A program made the position numbers and the translations under genes. Under the pieces are notes generated by a model that saw only the letters and a list, made by a program, of their open reading frames with translations, was not told the DNA's origin and did not search any database. From Octopus vulgaris (taxonomy: Eukaryota), in the NCBI GenBank assembly GCA_951406725.2, contig OX597818.1, positions 30,628,001 to 30,692,000 on the forward strand: a stretch of 64,000 bases of DNA, in the 5' to 3' direction. Shown one piece after another: positions 1 through 14,300 of the stretch. The stretch's first letter is position 1. Each line of letters begins with the position of its first letter.

Positions 1-953
1 CTGAAAGCCAAAATGAAAAATGTTGTCTAATGTGAGGTGCTGTAGGCCATCCAACATACTGCAGCTTCCCTGCCAAACAGGTTTATAGTGAGCGAGTACT
101 ATTGTTGCCATTCTTTCGAAATTACCTGTTTTCCTTAAGTCTTTTTTTATATTCTGTCTGTTACAGTTTCTCAATCTCCTTGTAGATGGCTTGAGTTTTG
201 GCCTCACTGCACCCACTGCTTTACATATGAACGAAAAAGGACGTTTATACCTGTGAACGGTTAACAATCCTTTTCAGGGCTATTGTGAGAACGATAGCAT
301 GGCCCTTTTTAGGGCTACTTCACATTCACTTGTTGCACCTCCTGAGATGCTCTTGTGGCTTCTCCAGGGCTTTTCACCCTGTTGTTACTACTTTATTTAT
401 GGTCTATGAGAAAAATCACTTCTTCCTCAATGCCAATGTTTGCAACTTAATGCAAAAAATATTCAAAGAGATCATCATCATCGTCATTTAATGTCCGCCT
501 TCCATGCTAGCATGGGTTGGACGGTTCGACTGAGGTCTGGGAAGCCAGGAGGCTGCACCAGGCCCAGTCTGATTTGGCAGTGTTTCTACTGCTGGATGCC
601 CTTCCTAACGCCAACCACTCCATGAGTGTAGTGGGTGATTTTTATGTGCCAGGCGAGGCTGGCAACGGCCATGATCGGTTGGTGCTTTTTACATGCCACC
701 AGCACGGAGGCCAGTCGAGGCAGCACTGGCAATGGACACGTTCGGATGGTTCTTTTACATGCCACCGGCACTGGTATGACAACTACAATTTCCATTGATT
801 TTTGATCGATTTCGATTTCACTTGCCTCAACAGGTCTTCGCAAGCAGAGTTTTGTGTCCCAAGAAGGAAATGTCAAAAAAAAAAAAATGGTGAAACCTAT
901 TAAAACCATTGCCAAGTATTTAATACCTAAGCAATGCTGGGTACTCCTGCTAG
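1..953 (+). mobile_element. Helitron 3' end (decayed), interrupted by a SINE at about 471-872
   Basis: 1-45 reads LKAKMKNVV*CEVL*, like the Helitron helicase C-terminus (KNVVYxEVL). It ends in a decayed hairpin gcaatgctgggt followed by CTAG|T at 950-954. Confidence 0.55.
471..872 (-). mobile_element. SINE, family B (RTE-type tail ending in (GAT)n)
   Basis: catcatc...tttaatgtccgccttccatgctagcatgggttggacgg tail shared with copies at 2460-2853(+), 2969-3092(-), 7597-8022(+), 16893-17105(-). Confidence 0.8.
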
Positions 954-2459
954 TTTTAAAGAAGAACTAATTCAGCCCATCACATAAAATGAAGATGAAG
1001 TTAAACATGTACACATGCACAGTTTCATCTGAATAATACATTACATATGTGTGCTTTGTATTGGATCAAGTTTAGCTAGAGATGTTAAAGTGAAATGGTA
1101 CATTATGTAGAGCTCCTTTTCTGAGATTATAGAACAGTCTAAACCACAAGGCCACTGTTGGATTGCTCATTACTGGATTCTCCTTACTCTTTGGATGATT
1201 TAAGAAATAACACAAATACTGTGCATGATTGCAAAAAGTAGTCGAAACATTTGATATTGACACAAAATAATGAATATATGTCATATTAAAACTATCAAAA
1301 GCATTTATTTAGGTATTCTTGTAATTCACTTAAACATTATTTTTATTTATTCTATGTTTTTAGAATCATCTGTGGACAGTATTTAGTCATTTAAACACAT
1401 ATTTGCGAAAAATACACACACTGCCTGTGATATTGACATTGCTCTTAAAAAAGATTGAACCTAGTATGTGAAATATTTACTGTATGATGATTGAGATTGT
1501 ATTCTGATTTGTAAAAGCATGTAGTAAAATACATAATTATTTACAGAAGTAAAATATGTAATTAGAAAACAAACTATAAATTATGTGAACTTCAGAAGCA
1601 AATTGATATGGAATAATATCTGATTATTATTAGAAAGATTTAAGCACATACAAAGTGTGAGTTCACTTTGTAACCATGTGGTTGTGAGTTCTGTCTCCCT
1701 GTGTCGCCTCTTGGACAAATGTCTTCTACTGTAATTTCAGCCAATCAGTGCTTTGTGATTGAAATTAGTACATGGAAACTGTGCAAGCTTGTCATATGTA
1801 TGTGTGTATATATTTACATTGTATATTGTCATCACATCTTTTATTGTCTATGTTCTATGTTACTATGGATAAGATGATTTGAGGATTGAATTGTATTCCA
1901 GTGTCTGCTTTGGCATGGTTTCTGCAGTTATATTTTCATTTTCACTTGCTCTGTTTGTGAGTTTGTCACTATTTGTAGTATATTCATTTATTCTTTTACA
2001 AGTTTCAGTCTTTAGACTGTGCCTTCAAGGATTTTAGTTTATTATATTGACTCCCAATACTTTGGTACTTATAACAAGATTTACTGAATGGCTAAGTTCA
2101 TCTTTTTTTGTGAAAAGGATGTTAGTACCTAAAGAGAAAATCTGTTTGTTTGATGCATTGCTTTCTACTGATATATATATATGTATGTATATATATATAT
2201 ATATATATATATAACCCCAAAGTCTTAGTAAGTTGGAAGACAGACAAATCACAAATCCCTTCAGGTAGATGGCCCTGCTCGATCTTTAGAAAAGGTGTAG
2301 GTAGAAACTTACTATATATACATATATGTATAACCACAACTTACTAAGACTTTGGGGTTCCAGTCAAATCATCTAATCCATCCTTGCATGGAAAACAGAT
2401 GCTAAGTGAAGATGATGTTTAGAGTAAACTTACTAAGATTATGTAAACGTTGGATGATA

Positions 2460-2853
2460 TGCTATGCTTAAGAAGACCTGTGAAGCCAAGTGAAATCGTA
2501 ATCGTGGCCAATGCCAGTGCCATCTGACTGGCACCCATACTGGTGGCATGTAAAAGCAGTGACAGGTGACCGAGATGTTTGGCAACATATCATGCTTGTG
2601 TAGACCTGTCAAGCCAAGTGAGATCATAGTCGTGGTTGATGCTGATGTCACGTCAATGGCTTTTTATGTGTATGGTGGCATGTAAAAAGCACCCCCTACA
2701 CTCTTGGAGTGGTCAGCATTAGGAAGAGCATCCAGCCGTAGAAACCTTGTCAAATTAGATTGGAACCTGATGCAGCTCCCCAGCTTACTAGTTTTTCATT
2801 CAAACCGTCCAACTCATGCTAGCATGGAAAGCGGACGTTAAACAATGATGATG
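2460..2853 (+). mobile_element. SINE family B copy
   Basis: ggcatgtaaaaagcacc internal repeats; ...gcatggaaagcggacgttaaacaatgatgatg tail. Confidence 0.75.
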
Positions 2854-3415
2854 TAGACTCAAAGAATCAGAGGGGAGAAGGTATGGTATTACAAGTTCAA
2901 CCTTCTCCCCTCTAATTTTTGGAGTCTATTTAATCTGAGTACATTTGCTCTGTTAATATATATATATAACATCATCATTCATTTAACGTCCACTTTCCAT
3001 GCTAGCATGGGTTGGACGATTTGACTGAGGACTGGCGAACCAGATGGCTGCACCAGTCTCCAATCTGATCTGGCAGAGTTTCTACAGCTGGAGCTTTGCA
3101 GCTATCAAACAAACTTAGTGGGGTGATGCAGGGTGAAATGGAGTAAGTATATATGTATATACAGACATGACCAGCCACAATAAGTTTTTGTCTACCAAAA
3201 TTTCACTCACAAAGTATTGGTTTAGCATGAACTGTAGCAGATGTTTTTATCAGTCTACTTTAAAAGTAATCAGCCTTAGGGAGAAAAAGCCCTCCAAAAA
3301 ACATGAGGCTTGATGCTTGAATTTGTATTATTTGGTTGTGAATTGGAGCGAAATACTCATTGTTGAAAATGAAAAAAAATCTCTGTCTGAATAAAATGTT
3401 TGTTTCACTTTTCAG

Positions 3416-3577
3416 CATGAAGAACAGTATCTGTCAATCCTAAGTGCAGTTAAAAGTGGTGCTAGTGAGAAACGATTGGCATCACAGTTCATCGCCCGGT
3501 TCTTTAAACACTTCCCACAGTTGAGCCAGGAATCATTCAATGCTCTTTTTGAATTGTGTGAAGATGATGACATTACA
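3416..3577 (+). CDS. API5: API5 exon (HEEQYLSILSAVKSGASEKRLASQFIARFFKHFP...CEDDDIT)
   Basis: ttttcag acceptor, GTAAGT donor, 162 nt, phase 0-0. Confidence 0.95.
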
Positions 3578-5347
3578 GTAAGTTATTCAGCTGCTCCTCT
3601 TCTTTATTATTCCTATATATAATGAAGCAGTGTATTTGCTTTGCATTACTGTTACATGTGTGTGGAATGTAAGCCAGTATTTATATATTATTTGTCTGTG
3701 TAATCTCTCTTCTACTTGCAATTAATGGTTAATGAATTCTTGTATAAACCAAAATGGAGGTATAGTCACTGCCCTACATATTTTGTTTTTGTTATTATAA
3801 ACATTGTTAAATATTCTCTAAACTTTACATTACTTGTTAGTTTACACACCAACATAGACATATATAATGCTAAGCTGTCACGCCTGTACTATTATGCAAA
3901 TGGGTTGTGACATTCACAATCTTGTTTATATTTTTAATCATATTACTTTCTTTGGCAGCTTGCAAGGCATGCATAAGTGATCCCTGATAAATCTTAAGAC
4001 AGATGGAACTAGACATAATTGTGTGGATGGGTGTGTGTGTCTCTCTCTCTATATGTGTGTGTATGTGTGCATATATATATATATATATAATATGCCTGTA
4101 TGTGTAATAAGCAATATATTATAGAAGTAATAGTAAACAAATGTATGTTCATTTATAATGACAATGGTGATGATGGGGATGTAATATGAACATAATAATT
4201 GGGTGAAGGTCATATAGAGATGTAATATATAATATCATATCTACACTGGAGTCTCTCCCAACAGTTATGTTCGTATTAAGTTGTATGATAGTCTCCCATC
4301 TATCACCTCTCTACTATTACTGTACCTTCCCACTATCTCTTTATTGCTCATCCATCATGCTACCTGTATAATAAAGGATGGAGTGCATACATATATATAT
4401 ATATATGATTGATGATTGATTGATTGATTCTAGTTTCAGCTTATGAGCTGTGGCCATGCTGGGGCACCGCCATTTTGTGTTGCTACTTGGTTTCACTTCA
4501 TGGAGGCTTTCTAGCAGCTGCTATTTCTCTCAGGTTATTCGGGAGGATATTGAAGAGCTGTGGGCCTCGGAAGCCCAGGCTATCACAGTATCTTGTCCTA
4601 CATCTTAATGGCAGGTTTGGAGTCCTAGGCACCACACAGTGGCGCCCAGTTCTGGCATTTGCGTAACTCTCGATTTGAGTCTTTCCCAGTAGCTTACATT
4701 CTGCATAGAGGCTATCTTCTTTGTGTAGCTTCGTTGGATCGCCTCAAGTTCTGTGATATATATATATATATAAAAGAGAGTGTGTTTGACATACTTAGCT
4801 TACCTGAAAATAAAATCAATGTACTAACCAACCACCAATTTATTAATGTAACCACTAATGTACATTAAATTTCGTTTTTAACTCTTTGTCAACATTATTT
4901 GTCTGTTATATTTTTATATTACAAATTCTTAGATCCGGAAGCAGGCAATTAAAGATCTTCCAGCGTTGTGCCGAGTTACACCTGAATTTGTGTCCAAAAT
5001 AGTTGTGGCTCTTATTCAGTTGCTGCAACATTTCACTGACAGTTCTGAGCTGAGCTTAATCCAGTCGTCCCTCACTACATTGTTCAGCATTAATGCTTCA
5101 GGTTAGCCATACACTTTTACTTTTGTGGGTATTTTAGATACTAAATTACTAACCAAATGTTAATGACTTGAACATAATCAAATCCATTATGGTACAGGTA
5201 TGAGTGTGTGGCTAAGAAGTTAATTTCTCAACTACATGTTTTTGGGTTCAGTCCCACCTGGTATCTTGGACAAGTGTCTTCTACTTAGTACTTGGGCTGA
5301 TGAAAACCATGAGTGGATTTAGCCAGTAGAAACTGAAAAAAGCCCAT

Positions 5348-5378
<31 letters not shown>

Positions 5379-8300
5379 GCGTGGTGGCACGTAAAAAGCA
5401 CCATCCGATTGTGGCCGTTTGCCAGCCTCGTCTGGCACCTGTGCCAGTGGCACGTAAAAGCACACACTACACTTACAGAGTGGTTGGCGTTTGGAAGGGT
5501 ATCCAGCCGTAGGAACATTGCCAGATCAGACTGGGCCTGGTGCAGCCTTCTGGCTTCTCAGACCCCAGTTGAAACGTCCAATCCATGCTAGCATGGAAAG
5601 CGGACACTAAACGATGATGATGATGTGTGTATGCTTGTGTGAATGAATTTATATTCTCCTTATCTTCACATACATTCACCAGTTCAAACAATAGTCTTGC
5701 AGATGGTGTTGTTTGCTATCAATCCATTACACAAACATGGATAGGTTTCTTGACATGTTGCACAAACTTTGTAAACAAAGGACTCATTCAAAAAGTGTCA
5801 TTTGTTTCCAGTTCTCCTCGCAACCATGTCTGAGCTGCTGTTTGATAGACTGGGAGATTATTACTTGACTTGGAAACAGAGATGGGTTGGCATCAGTAAA
5901 AGCATCCAGTCATCATTGGAAATTCTATCCCAGGATACTCTTGTCTTACCCATGCAAACATAGTAAAATAGATGTTAAAATGATGCTGATGCTAAACTCA
6001 TTGTAGTTGTAGGAAAAGTACATTAGCCTAATTTTTCACATTGAAAATAGCCATCAAAGGACCAGCAGTCATGTTTTTGTTAAAATCATGCAAATGTTAT
6101 AATAGAAAATGAATGTGAAAGAGAAAAAAAATAAAGAAATTTTAGCATCCTACAATATTATTTTTTTACTTTTTTATTTAAGCATTGGACAGAGAACTAG
6201 CAGAATCACTAGCACACTAGACAAGATGTTCAGCAACATTTCTTCTTGCTTGATGTTCTGAGTTCAAATTCTGCTGAACTTCATTTTGTCCTTCATTTTT
6301 TGGGAGTAGTGGGGGTGGGGGTCCATAAAATAAGTAACTTCTTTCTTTACTGTCCACAATGGGCTACACACAGAGGGAACAAACAAGGACAGAAAAACGG
6401 ATTAAGTTGATTATATCGACCCCAGTGCGTAACTGGTACTTATTTAATCGACCCCGAAAGGATGAAAGGCAAAGTTGGCCTCGGCGGAATTTGAACTCAG
6501 AACGTAACGGCAGACGAAATACTGCTAAGCATTTCACCCGGCGTGCTAACGTTTCTGCCAGCTCGCTGCCATAAAATAAGTAACATTTGAGCACTGAGGT
6601 AAATGTGATCAATAAATCTCTGCGTCCTCAAATTCCAGGCCTTGTGCTTATAGTAGAAAACATTATTTTTTACTTATGGATGAATTAAGAAAATTTTGTT
6701 AGATATTTGTTTTGCTTTTTACTGCATTGCAAAAATTGTTTGGGATTTAACAACTATAATCTTAATGATTAAAATATTCTCTTTCTTTTTTTCTATGAAT
6801 GAAGAATTGTTGATGAAAATTTTGACTAATGTTAACTGCTTGTTTCTAGTCCAACTTCCTCCTGCCTCAGAATTATTGTGCATACTCCCTCATTTGTTTT
6901 GCTGAAAACTTTCTCTATTGTTGAAGATGACTACTTTATATTGTTGATTTTCTGATTTTGCTTTTCTTTTTCAGGTACATTGAAAGGTCTTTTTAGTATG
7001 ATTCTTGGAGAAAATGACTGCCTACGGGATCTGGCTCTTAAATTCTTAACAAATAAAGTAAAAGTATTACCTGAGGATACTTTAGGGAAAGAAGATGAAG
7101 ATCTCATTGTAGGAGAGTGCAGAAAGGTATATTGTAAACTCTTTGAATTTAGTGTGAGGGAGAGCTTGTGAAACAGTATGAGAGGCTCTTTTTGTTACAA
7201 ATGTATTGACATTTCTTGTTAAACCGAAATATTTTTTGCTTCAAGCAACTAAACTAACCTTTCCTGCTAGGTGGTGAGACAAACAAGCACTTCTAATAAA
7301 CCCTTTCTGTCCTAGTTAGTCAGGTAAACTCTTCTTGCTGTGCAAGACATGCTTTTCTTACTGAAAACAAACTGGTTGACATTCATTTCTCAGGTAGAGA
7401 AGCACTAATAGCTTTTTAAACTGTTTCTTACCTTAGGATGAATTTACATTATTGGAAATATTTTACAATATTTTACAATATTGGAAATATTTTAGTACTT
7501 TATATCTGTTTTATTCAAATTAGTCATTGTAACATTCCATATATTTATTATCCTGTCTGATATATTTATAGTGCTTGATATGTTTATTATTCTGGACTGG
7601 TACCTGTGCTAGTGGAATGCTAATCTGAGCGTGATCGTTGCCAGAGCAACAAAGAGGCTTCCATGCCGGTGGCACGTAAAAAGCACCATTCGAGCGTGAT
7701 CGTTACCTGCATCGCCTTACTGGTACCTGTGCTGGTGGCATGTGAAAAAACATTCAAGCGAGGTTGTTGCCTGTGCAGGTGGCACATAAAAAGCACCATT
7801 TGAGCGTGGCTCTTGCCAGTACTACCTGACTGGCCCTCGTGCCAGTGGCACGTAAAAGCACCCACTACACTCTCGGAGTGGTTGGCATTAGGAAGGGCAT
7901 CCAGCTGTACAAACTCTGCCACATCAGATTGGAGCCTGGTGCAGCCATCTGGTTCACCAAACCTCAGTCAAATTGTCCAACCCATGCTAGCATGGAAAGC
8001 AGACATTAAACGATGATGATGATACTAATATGACATTAGTGATATTGAACTGGAAGAGCTTCCATTCAGTTTCTGTCTAGCAATTCTACTCTCAGCAATG
8101 TATTGCTTGGCCTGTGGCTATAGTAGAAGATATTTCCCCAGTGGGACTGAATTCAAAAGTTTGTGATTGCAAAGCCAGCTTCATAACCACACATCCATGC
8201 ATTATATTATATTTAATGTGAAAGGCTGCGAGTTGGCAGAACTGTTAGCACACCGGATGAAATGCTTAGCAGTATTTCATCTGCCGCTACATTCTGAGTT

Positions 8301-11300
8301 CAAATTCTGTCGAGGTCAACTTAGCCTTTTATCCTTTTGTGGTCAGTTAATTAAGTACCAGTGAAACACTGGTGTTGATATAATTGACTAGTCCCCTACC
8401 CCCAAATTTGAGGCCTTGTGCCTCCAGTAGAAAGGATTATATTATATTTAATGTGAATTTAGAATGTTTGTTATGCTCAGTTGTCTGTGATACATGTAGG
8501 AATTATCTAATGACTTGTAATATACAGTGAATACTTGGCAACCCATATATGTGTTTTTATACCATATTCATATGTGATTTCATTTGTTCTCTGTTGACAG
8601 GTGCTAATGGATGTAACCTGCATGGAATTTATTGCCATTATGAACATGTTAAAGGGCCTAAAATCAATGAGTACAGTAACTGGCCGTCAACAGTTGGTGG
8701 ATATTATTATCATGCAAGCAGAATTGGACCAAAAATTTAATGTTGGTGAAAGTTTAAACTCTCTTTATTGTAAAATACTATTTTGTCTTGAGTAATTGTT
8801 TATCAGACTTAAATACACTCCTTTATTGTTCTCATATCTGCAGTTTTGTGTATTGTTGTCATATCTGCAGTTTTGCAATTGTTTTAATCTCTAGCATCCT
8901 AGATTACAATCAAAGTTTATTTTATTTTTAGAGGCTTATTGTAAACAATAGCATTGTTTAATGTAAGTTTCCAATGGACCAGCTACTGATTATCTGCAAT
9001 TTAAGCTGGTAAGAGTGACAAGGGTTGTTTTTGCAATTCAAGCAGAACAAACATTGCAAGGGATTTTTCCCGCCCCCGCAAAATACTGTTTTTTCTTATC
9101 ATATACATGTCTAGCCTAATGACTTATGCAATGCTTTCACCTTTCCCATACCATTTAACCGCCTCCACAAGCCTTTTGGGAATAATTGTTCTTAATACAG
9201 TTATCACTGAACTGAGTATGCTTAGGAGGAATTATTTACCCTTTATTCAACCAAAAATATAGGGTGAATGAGCAGAGGACATTACCACTTGCAGTACCAT
9301 GTGTAAACACAGCTAACTTGCTGGAGAGATATGTCTGTGCCATCTATCAGCAAAGAAGTAATTACCTGGTATCTGATTACCTCTAGCCTGATTATGGATG
9401 TAGCTCTTCTGTTTCTAACCTAATTTTCAATATATCCAATTTCTTGCTGTTTTTAAACATCTTAAGATAATTTTATTAATTTCTAGTCAGTATATCAGTG
9501 AATAGATGCATGATAATTTTTAAAGTACTGCATATCAGGTAATATTTTTCTTTTTAATGCCACTTTTCATAAGTAGCTGTTTATTGTTGATAAGAGAAAG
9601 GAAGAAGAATTAAGCCAGTTGATAAAAGGTATACCTTACTGGTAAATGATATGCAATGCAAATGGTTATTATCATTGCCAACGTTTCTTGAAGTTCAAAT
9701 CTGACCTTATCAATTGAATATCAAAAACAGAATTTATTTAGAGTTTCAGCTTTGACCAGTTTATTAATTACATACTAATAATAGGAAAATAAAATAATAA
9801 AATTGGCCTGAAAAAAATCAAACATACATGAGTGTAGACAGTGTGTGTGCACGTGCGCACACATACACACTATCTAAGCCAACAGGTGTTGGCAATATTT
9901 TCTCTGTAAAAATGTAGAAAAAAAATAAAGAAATGAGTCAACCAACACAAATTCTGATGGTGTTTAATTTTACTATGCACAGCACCCATATAACTTATGG
10001 TTAAATTAATGGCTTTTTTCTTCTATAGCCTGAAGACCCTGATAGTGCTGACAGATTGATGCAGTGTGTCAAGCAAAGTTTACCTCTTTTCTCTGTGAGT
10101 AGCTTTCTCTATATTTCATCATGCTTATTTTAATTAAAGAATTATATTGATTTTTATATATATTTGGATTAGGTGTAGCCATGTCCTTATGATTAAGATG
10201 TTCACTTTAGAATCACTTGGTTTAGGATTCACTCCCACTGCAAGGATATTGCCTGCTGGTGTCTTCTGCTATAGATGTGGGTTGACCAAGGCCTTGTGAG
10301 TGAAATTTGATGGACAGGAACTGGAAGAAGACCATTGTGTGTGTGTGTTTGTGTGTGTGTGTGCATATTTCATCATCATCCTTTAATGCCCCCTTTTCCA
10401 AGCTTTTGTGGGTAAGAGAATTTGTTGATGCAGATTTTCAATGGCTGGATGCCCTTCCTGTTGCCAACCCTCGCCTGCTTCCAAGTAAGTTAATATTTCC
10501 CCATAACTAGATAACACAGAAGACTGTAAATGAACAGCCTCACTTGTATGATGAAGATGCTCGTTTACAGCTACCATGTGATATGAAGACAAAGGTAAAC
10601 ACAAATACATTTACACGCATACATATGTACACACACATACACATACATACATATGCATATATATATATAGGTAGCTAGGGTAAATCCCAGCTGTTTCCTC
10701 TTGAAGCACATCTGCTTTTTCTATTATTAAATTCAGTATGTGTCCATATTCTAATAGGAAATTCCTTACAGGTCTATATAACATGTTCATTTTATATAGG
10801 GGTTCATCAAGGTAGAGGTTTGTCAAGAATCAGTCCTTAGTCCCCTCCTTTTCATCATTGTCCTCCAGACCATAGCAAAGGCTGGATACCCTTCCTAACA
10901 CCAACCACTTTACAGTATGTACTGGATGCTTTTTTGTCATGCTACTGGCAGCAGTGAAGTCATCATGCAGCTTGCAAGACTATGAAACCTGAAGTACAGG
11001 TGGGGATGTCGGTGCTTTATGTGAGGAGATGAGGGGGTTAATGTATGAGAAAGGAGTGAGGGTGCAGAGTAGGTTCGTGTAGGGGAGCTACATGGCTAGT
11101 CATATTTAGAACAGAGGGTGAGAATGATCAATCAGTAGGAGTTGCAATGAAATAGTGGAGATGAGGTGTCCAGGTATGAGGTGAGTAGAAGTGAGTGGAG
11201 CAGAGAAACTTAAGAGTGTGAATGGGTGAGAGGATAAATAGATCATTAGGTTTAACATGCTTTACTCAGATTAGTTTTGTCTTATTTGGCCTCTTCTTAT

Positions 11301-14300
11301 ATTATTGTTTTTATTTTTGTAGAAAAATGTCCATTCCAAAGTATTTGTCAGCTACATATGTGATCATGTAATACTAGATCTCTCTAATTTGATGAATGTT
11401 GATGGAGACGTCAATGTACAACTTGAAATGCTGAAGCTCTTTGCAGAGATTTCAGAATTTGCTGGAGATTTGGATGACATTGAAGAAAAAGTGGAACGAA
11501 TTTATGAAAAACTAATTGTAAGTATTTGCTCTTTCTTCTCCCAATTTGTTTTTATTTTGATGATGATGATGATGATGATGATGTTATACATCAAGGAAGA
11601 CTTATTGAAGAAATTATATAAGGGAAATCTGTGACTTTGGCTTCACAAATGAAATAACTAAGGACAGATATTTTGAAAGATACCATTCAACCCATACCAG
11701 CTTGGAAAATAAACATTAAAAAAAACATAGGAGTAGCTGTGTGGTAAGTAGCTTGGTTACCAACCACATGGTTCCGGGTTCAGTCCCACTGCGTGGAACC
11801 TTGGGCAAGTGTCTTCTACTATAGCCTCGGGTTGACCAAAGCCTTGTGAGAAGATTTGGTTGACGGAAACTGAAAGAAGCCCGTCGTATGTATGTATATG
11901 TGTGTGTGTCTGTGTTTGTCCCCCCAACATCACTTGACAACTGATGCTGGTGTGTTTACGTCACTGTAACTTAGCGGTTTGGCAAAAGAGACCAATAGAA
12001 TAAATACTAAGCTTACAAAGAATAAATCCTGGGTCGATTTGCTTGACTAAAGGTGGTGCTCCATCATGGCCACAGTCAAATGACTGAAATATGTAAAAGA
12101 GTAAAGAGAGAATATATTAGTTATCACATACTATGATGCAATAGATTTGATTGCTTATAGTGTTAAAAAAACTAGTCAACTAGAGATGCAATTTTTAGCT
12201 GTAATGTCTCCACATACACACACCTCTCTCTCTCATGCAGGCATGGCTGTGTGATTAAGAAGATTATTTGCAACTGTTTGGCTTTGGATTTGATCCTATT
12301 GTGCAGCACTAATATAGCTTTGGGTTGACTAATGCCATGTGAATGGAATTTTGTAACTGTACATATATATCATCATCATTATCACCACATATCTGCGTGT
12401 GTTTTAGTAATATTTGTAACAGACATTGAATGTCAAAGGGAATTTTTTAAATTTCAATGAATAGTTTTATTTACAGTTAAGATTGTTTCCATGACATTTA
12501 AAAAAAAAATTCACAACTGTTGTATATCAACAATATTTAAATAGAAAATTGTATATTTACCTTACAAACAGCAGGACTGACTATTTACTACTTGAAGGTT
12601 TTTGTAAAATAGTTTAACCACCCACAAAGTTAGTGGCTTTAAGTATTGAAAGTGAAATAGGTTTACAGTAGAGTTTAACTATTATAATGACTAGGTTTTT
12701 GTAGATTTGTCAATATTTTAAAAAGGTTTCTCTTTATTCTAGTCTCCTCATCTTTATTTTTTGCCTTTCACAAACAGTCTTTTATTGTATTTGAAAGTGA
12801 AATATTCAAGGCCATATTTTTGGTGGTATGTAAACAAAAAGTAAAGTTTGAGTAAAAATAAAAGACAAGCCTTATTTTTTCTTATGGAGAATTTAGTGAA
12901 TGAATTTAGTAAACTTCCTTGTTTTTTTTTATTTCGTTTCTCAAAAGAAATTACTTGAAAATCATCTCGATCCGATGTTAAGCATGTCACAGAAAGATGA
13001 ACTTAGAAACACAGCTTTTATTTTAATACAGATTTTAAAATAGTTTATGGTTCCTTATCTCTAAATATTTTCATTCAGTCTTATTACATATTCATACTAT
13101 TGGTTTCAAATTTTGGCACAAGACCAGCAATTTTAAGGAAGGATCAAGTTGATTACATCGACCCCAGTACATGACAAGTACTTTTATCGACCCCGAAAAG
13201 ATAAAAGGCAAGGTCAATCTCAGCAGAATTTGAACTCAGAACATATATATGTGAATAAAATGCTGCTAAGCATTTTGCCCTGCATGCTAACAATTCTGCC
13301 AACTCACTGCCTTACATATCCATGCTATTGAAGTTTCTCTTTCCATAAAGAAAGTCATATCATTAGATTTTAAAAAATTATTTTCCAGCTTAGTCAAATG
13401 AAGAGGAGTGATAACTTTTGTAGTGTTGAATCTGGTAAGGCAAAGAGAAAAGAAAACCACAACTCATGGGTTGCTGTAGTAGTAAACAGCATGTTAGAAT
13501 ATTGAGTTACCCTCAGACTGGATGCTTGGTCTGAATGCTTGCAACAGAGTGGACTCCACTAAAGACACCCAAAGGGTCCAGAGCAGATGTGAAACAGCTT
13601 AGGTGTACTACCCTAGTAAACTGTGTGCAGACTTACACGCAGTTTTGTTCTACTTGATTTTACTCACAGGACTTGTGTTGATCTAACTTTATGATAAAAG
13701 GCACTTTCCCTAGGTGCTAGATTTTAAATGGATATGTTGCTTTGTTAGTCTCATAATTTTATTTCTTTGTTTTAACATCATTAAAAATGTCTTCATGTAG
13801 TGAGTGACTCCATAGAATATACCAGAGTAGATTCCTATGAGACAACTTGAATTGAGCACTGCAAATTAGTTGTCAATTGTACACTCATGTCACTGCATAT
13901 AGTCATAGGGATATACCATCAGCTGTTGAGAGTTAAGTGCTTTTGCTCAGACACAGTTATAATGACAGAATATATATTACTAACCACAGTTTGTGTTCTC
14001 ATTTTGCAAATGAAGCATTTTGTAGTTTAGGTTGGGGGACAAGATCTGTGATAAAACTGGCTTTGAATGTTATAGAATTTATTTGTTTATAAGGTTTTCA
14101 TCAAGTATGTGATAATCTATTTTATCTCCTTGTAGGAATATATGCCATTACCACCATCAGAAGAGAATGATGATACAGCTGGAGAATCATCATCTGAAGA
14201 ACACAAATTACAGTTTTCTTACGTTGAATGTTTAATGTTTACATTCCACCAGCTAGGCCGTAAATGTCCGTCTTTTCTCTCAGATGAAAGCAATGCTGAC

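Noticed and set aside
7597-7870. Repeated ggcacgtaaaaagcacc units resembling a CRISPR array
   Set aside because: Internal tandem subunits of a SINE in eukaryotic DNA; the spacers are homologous to one another.
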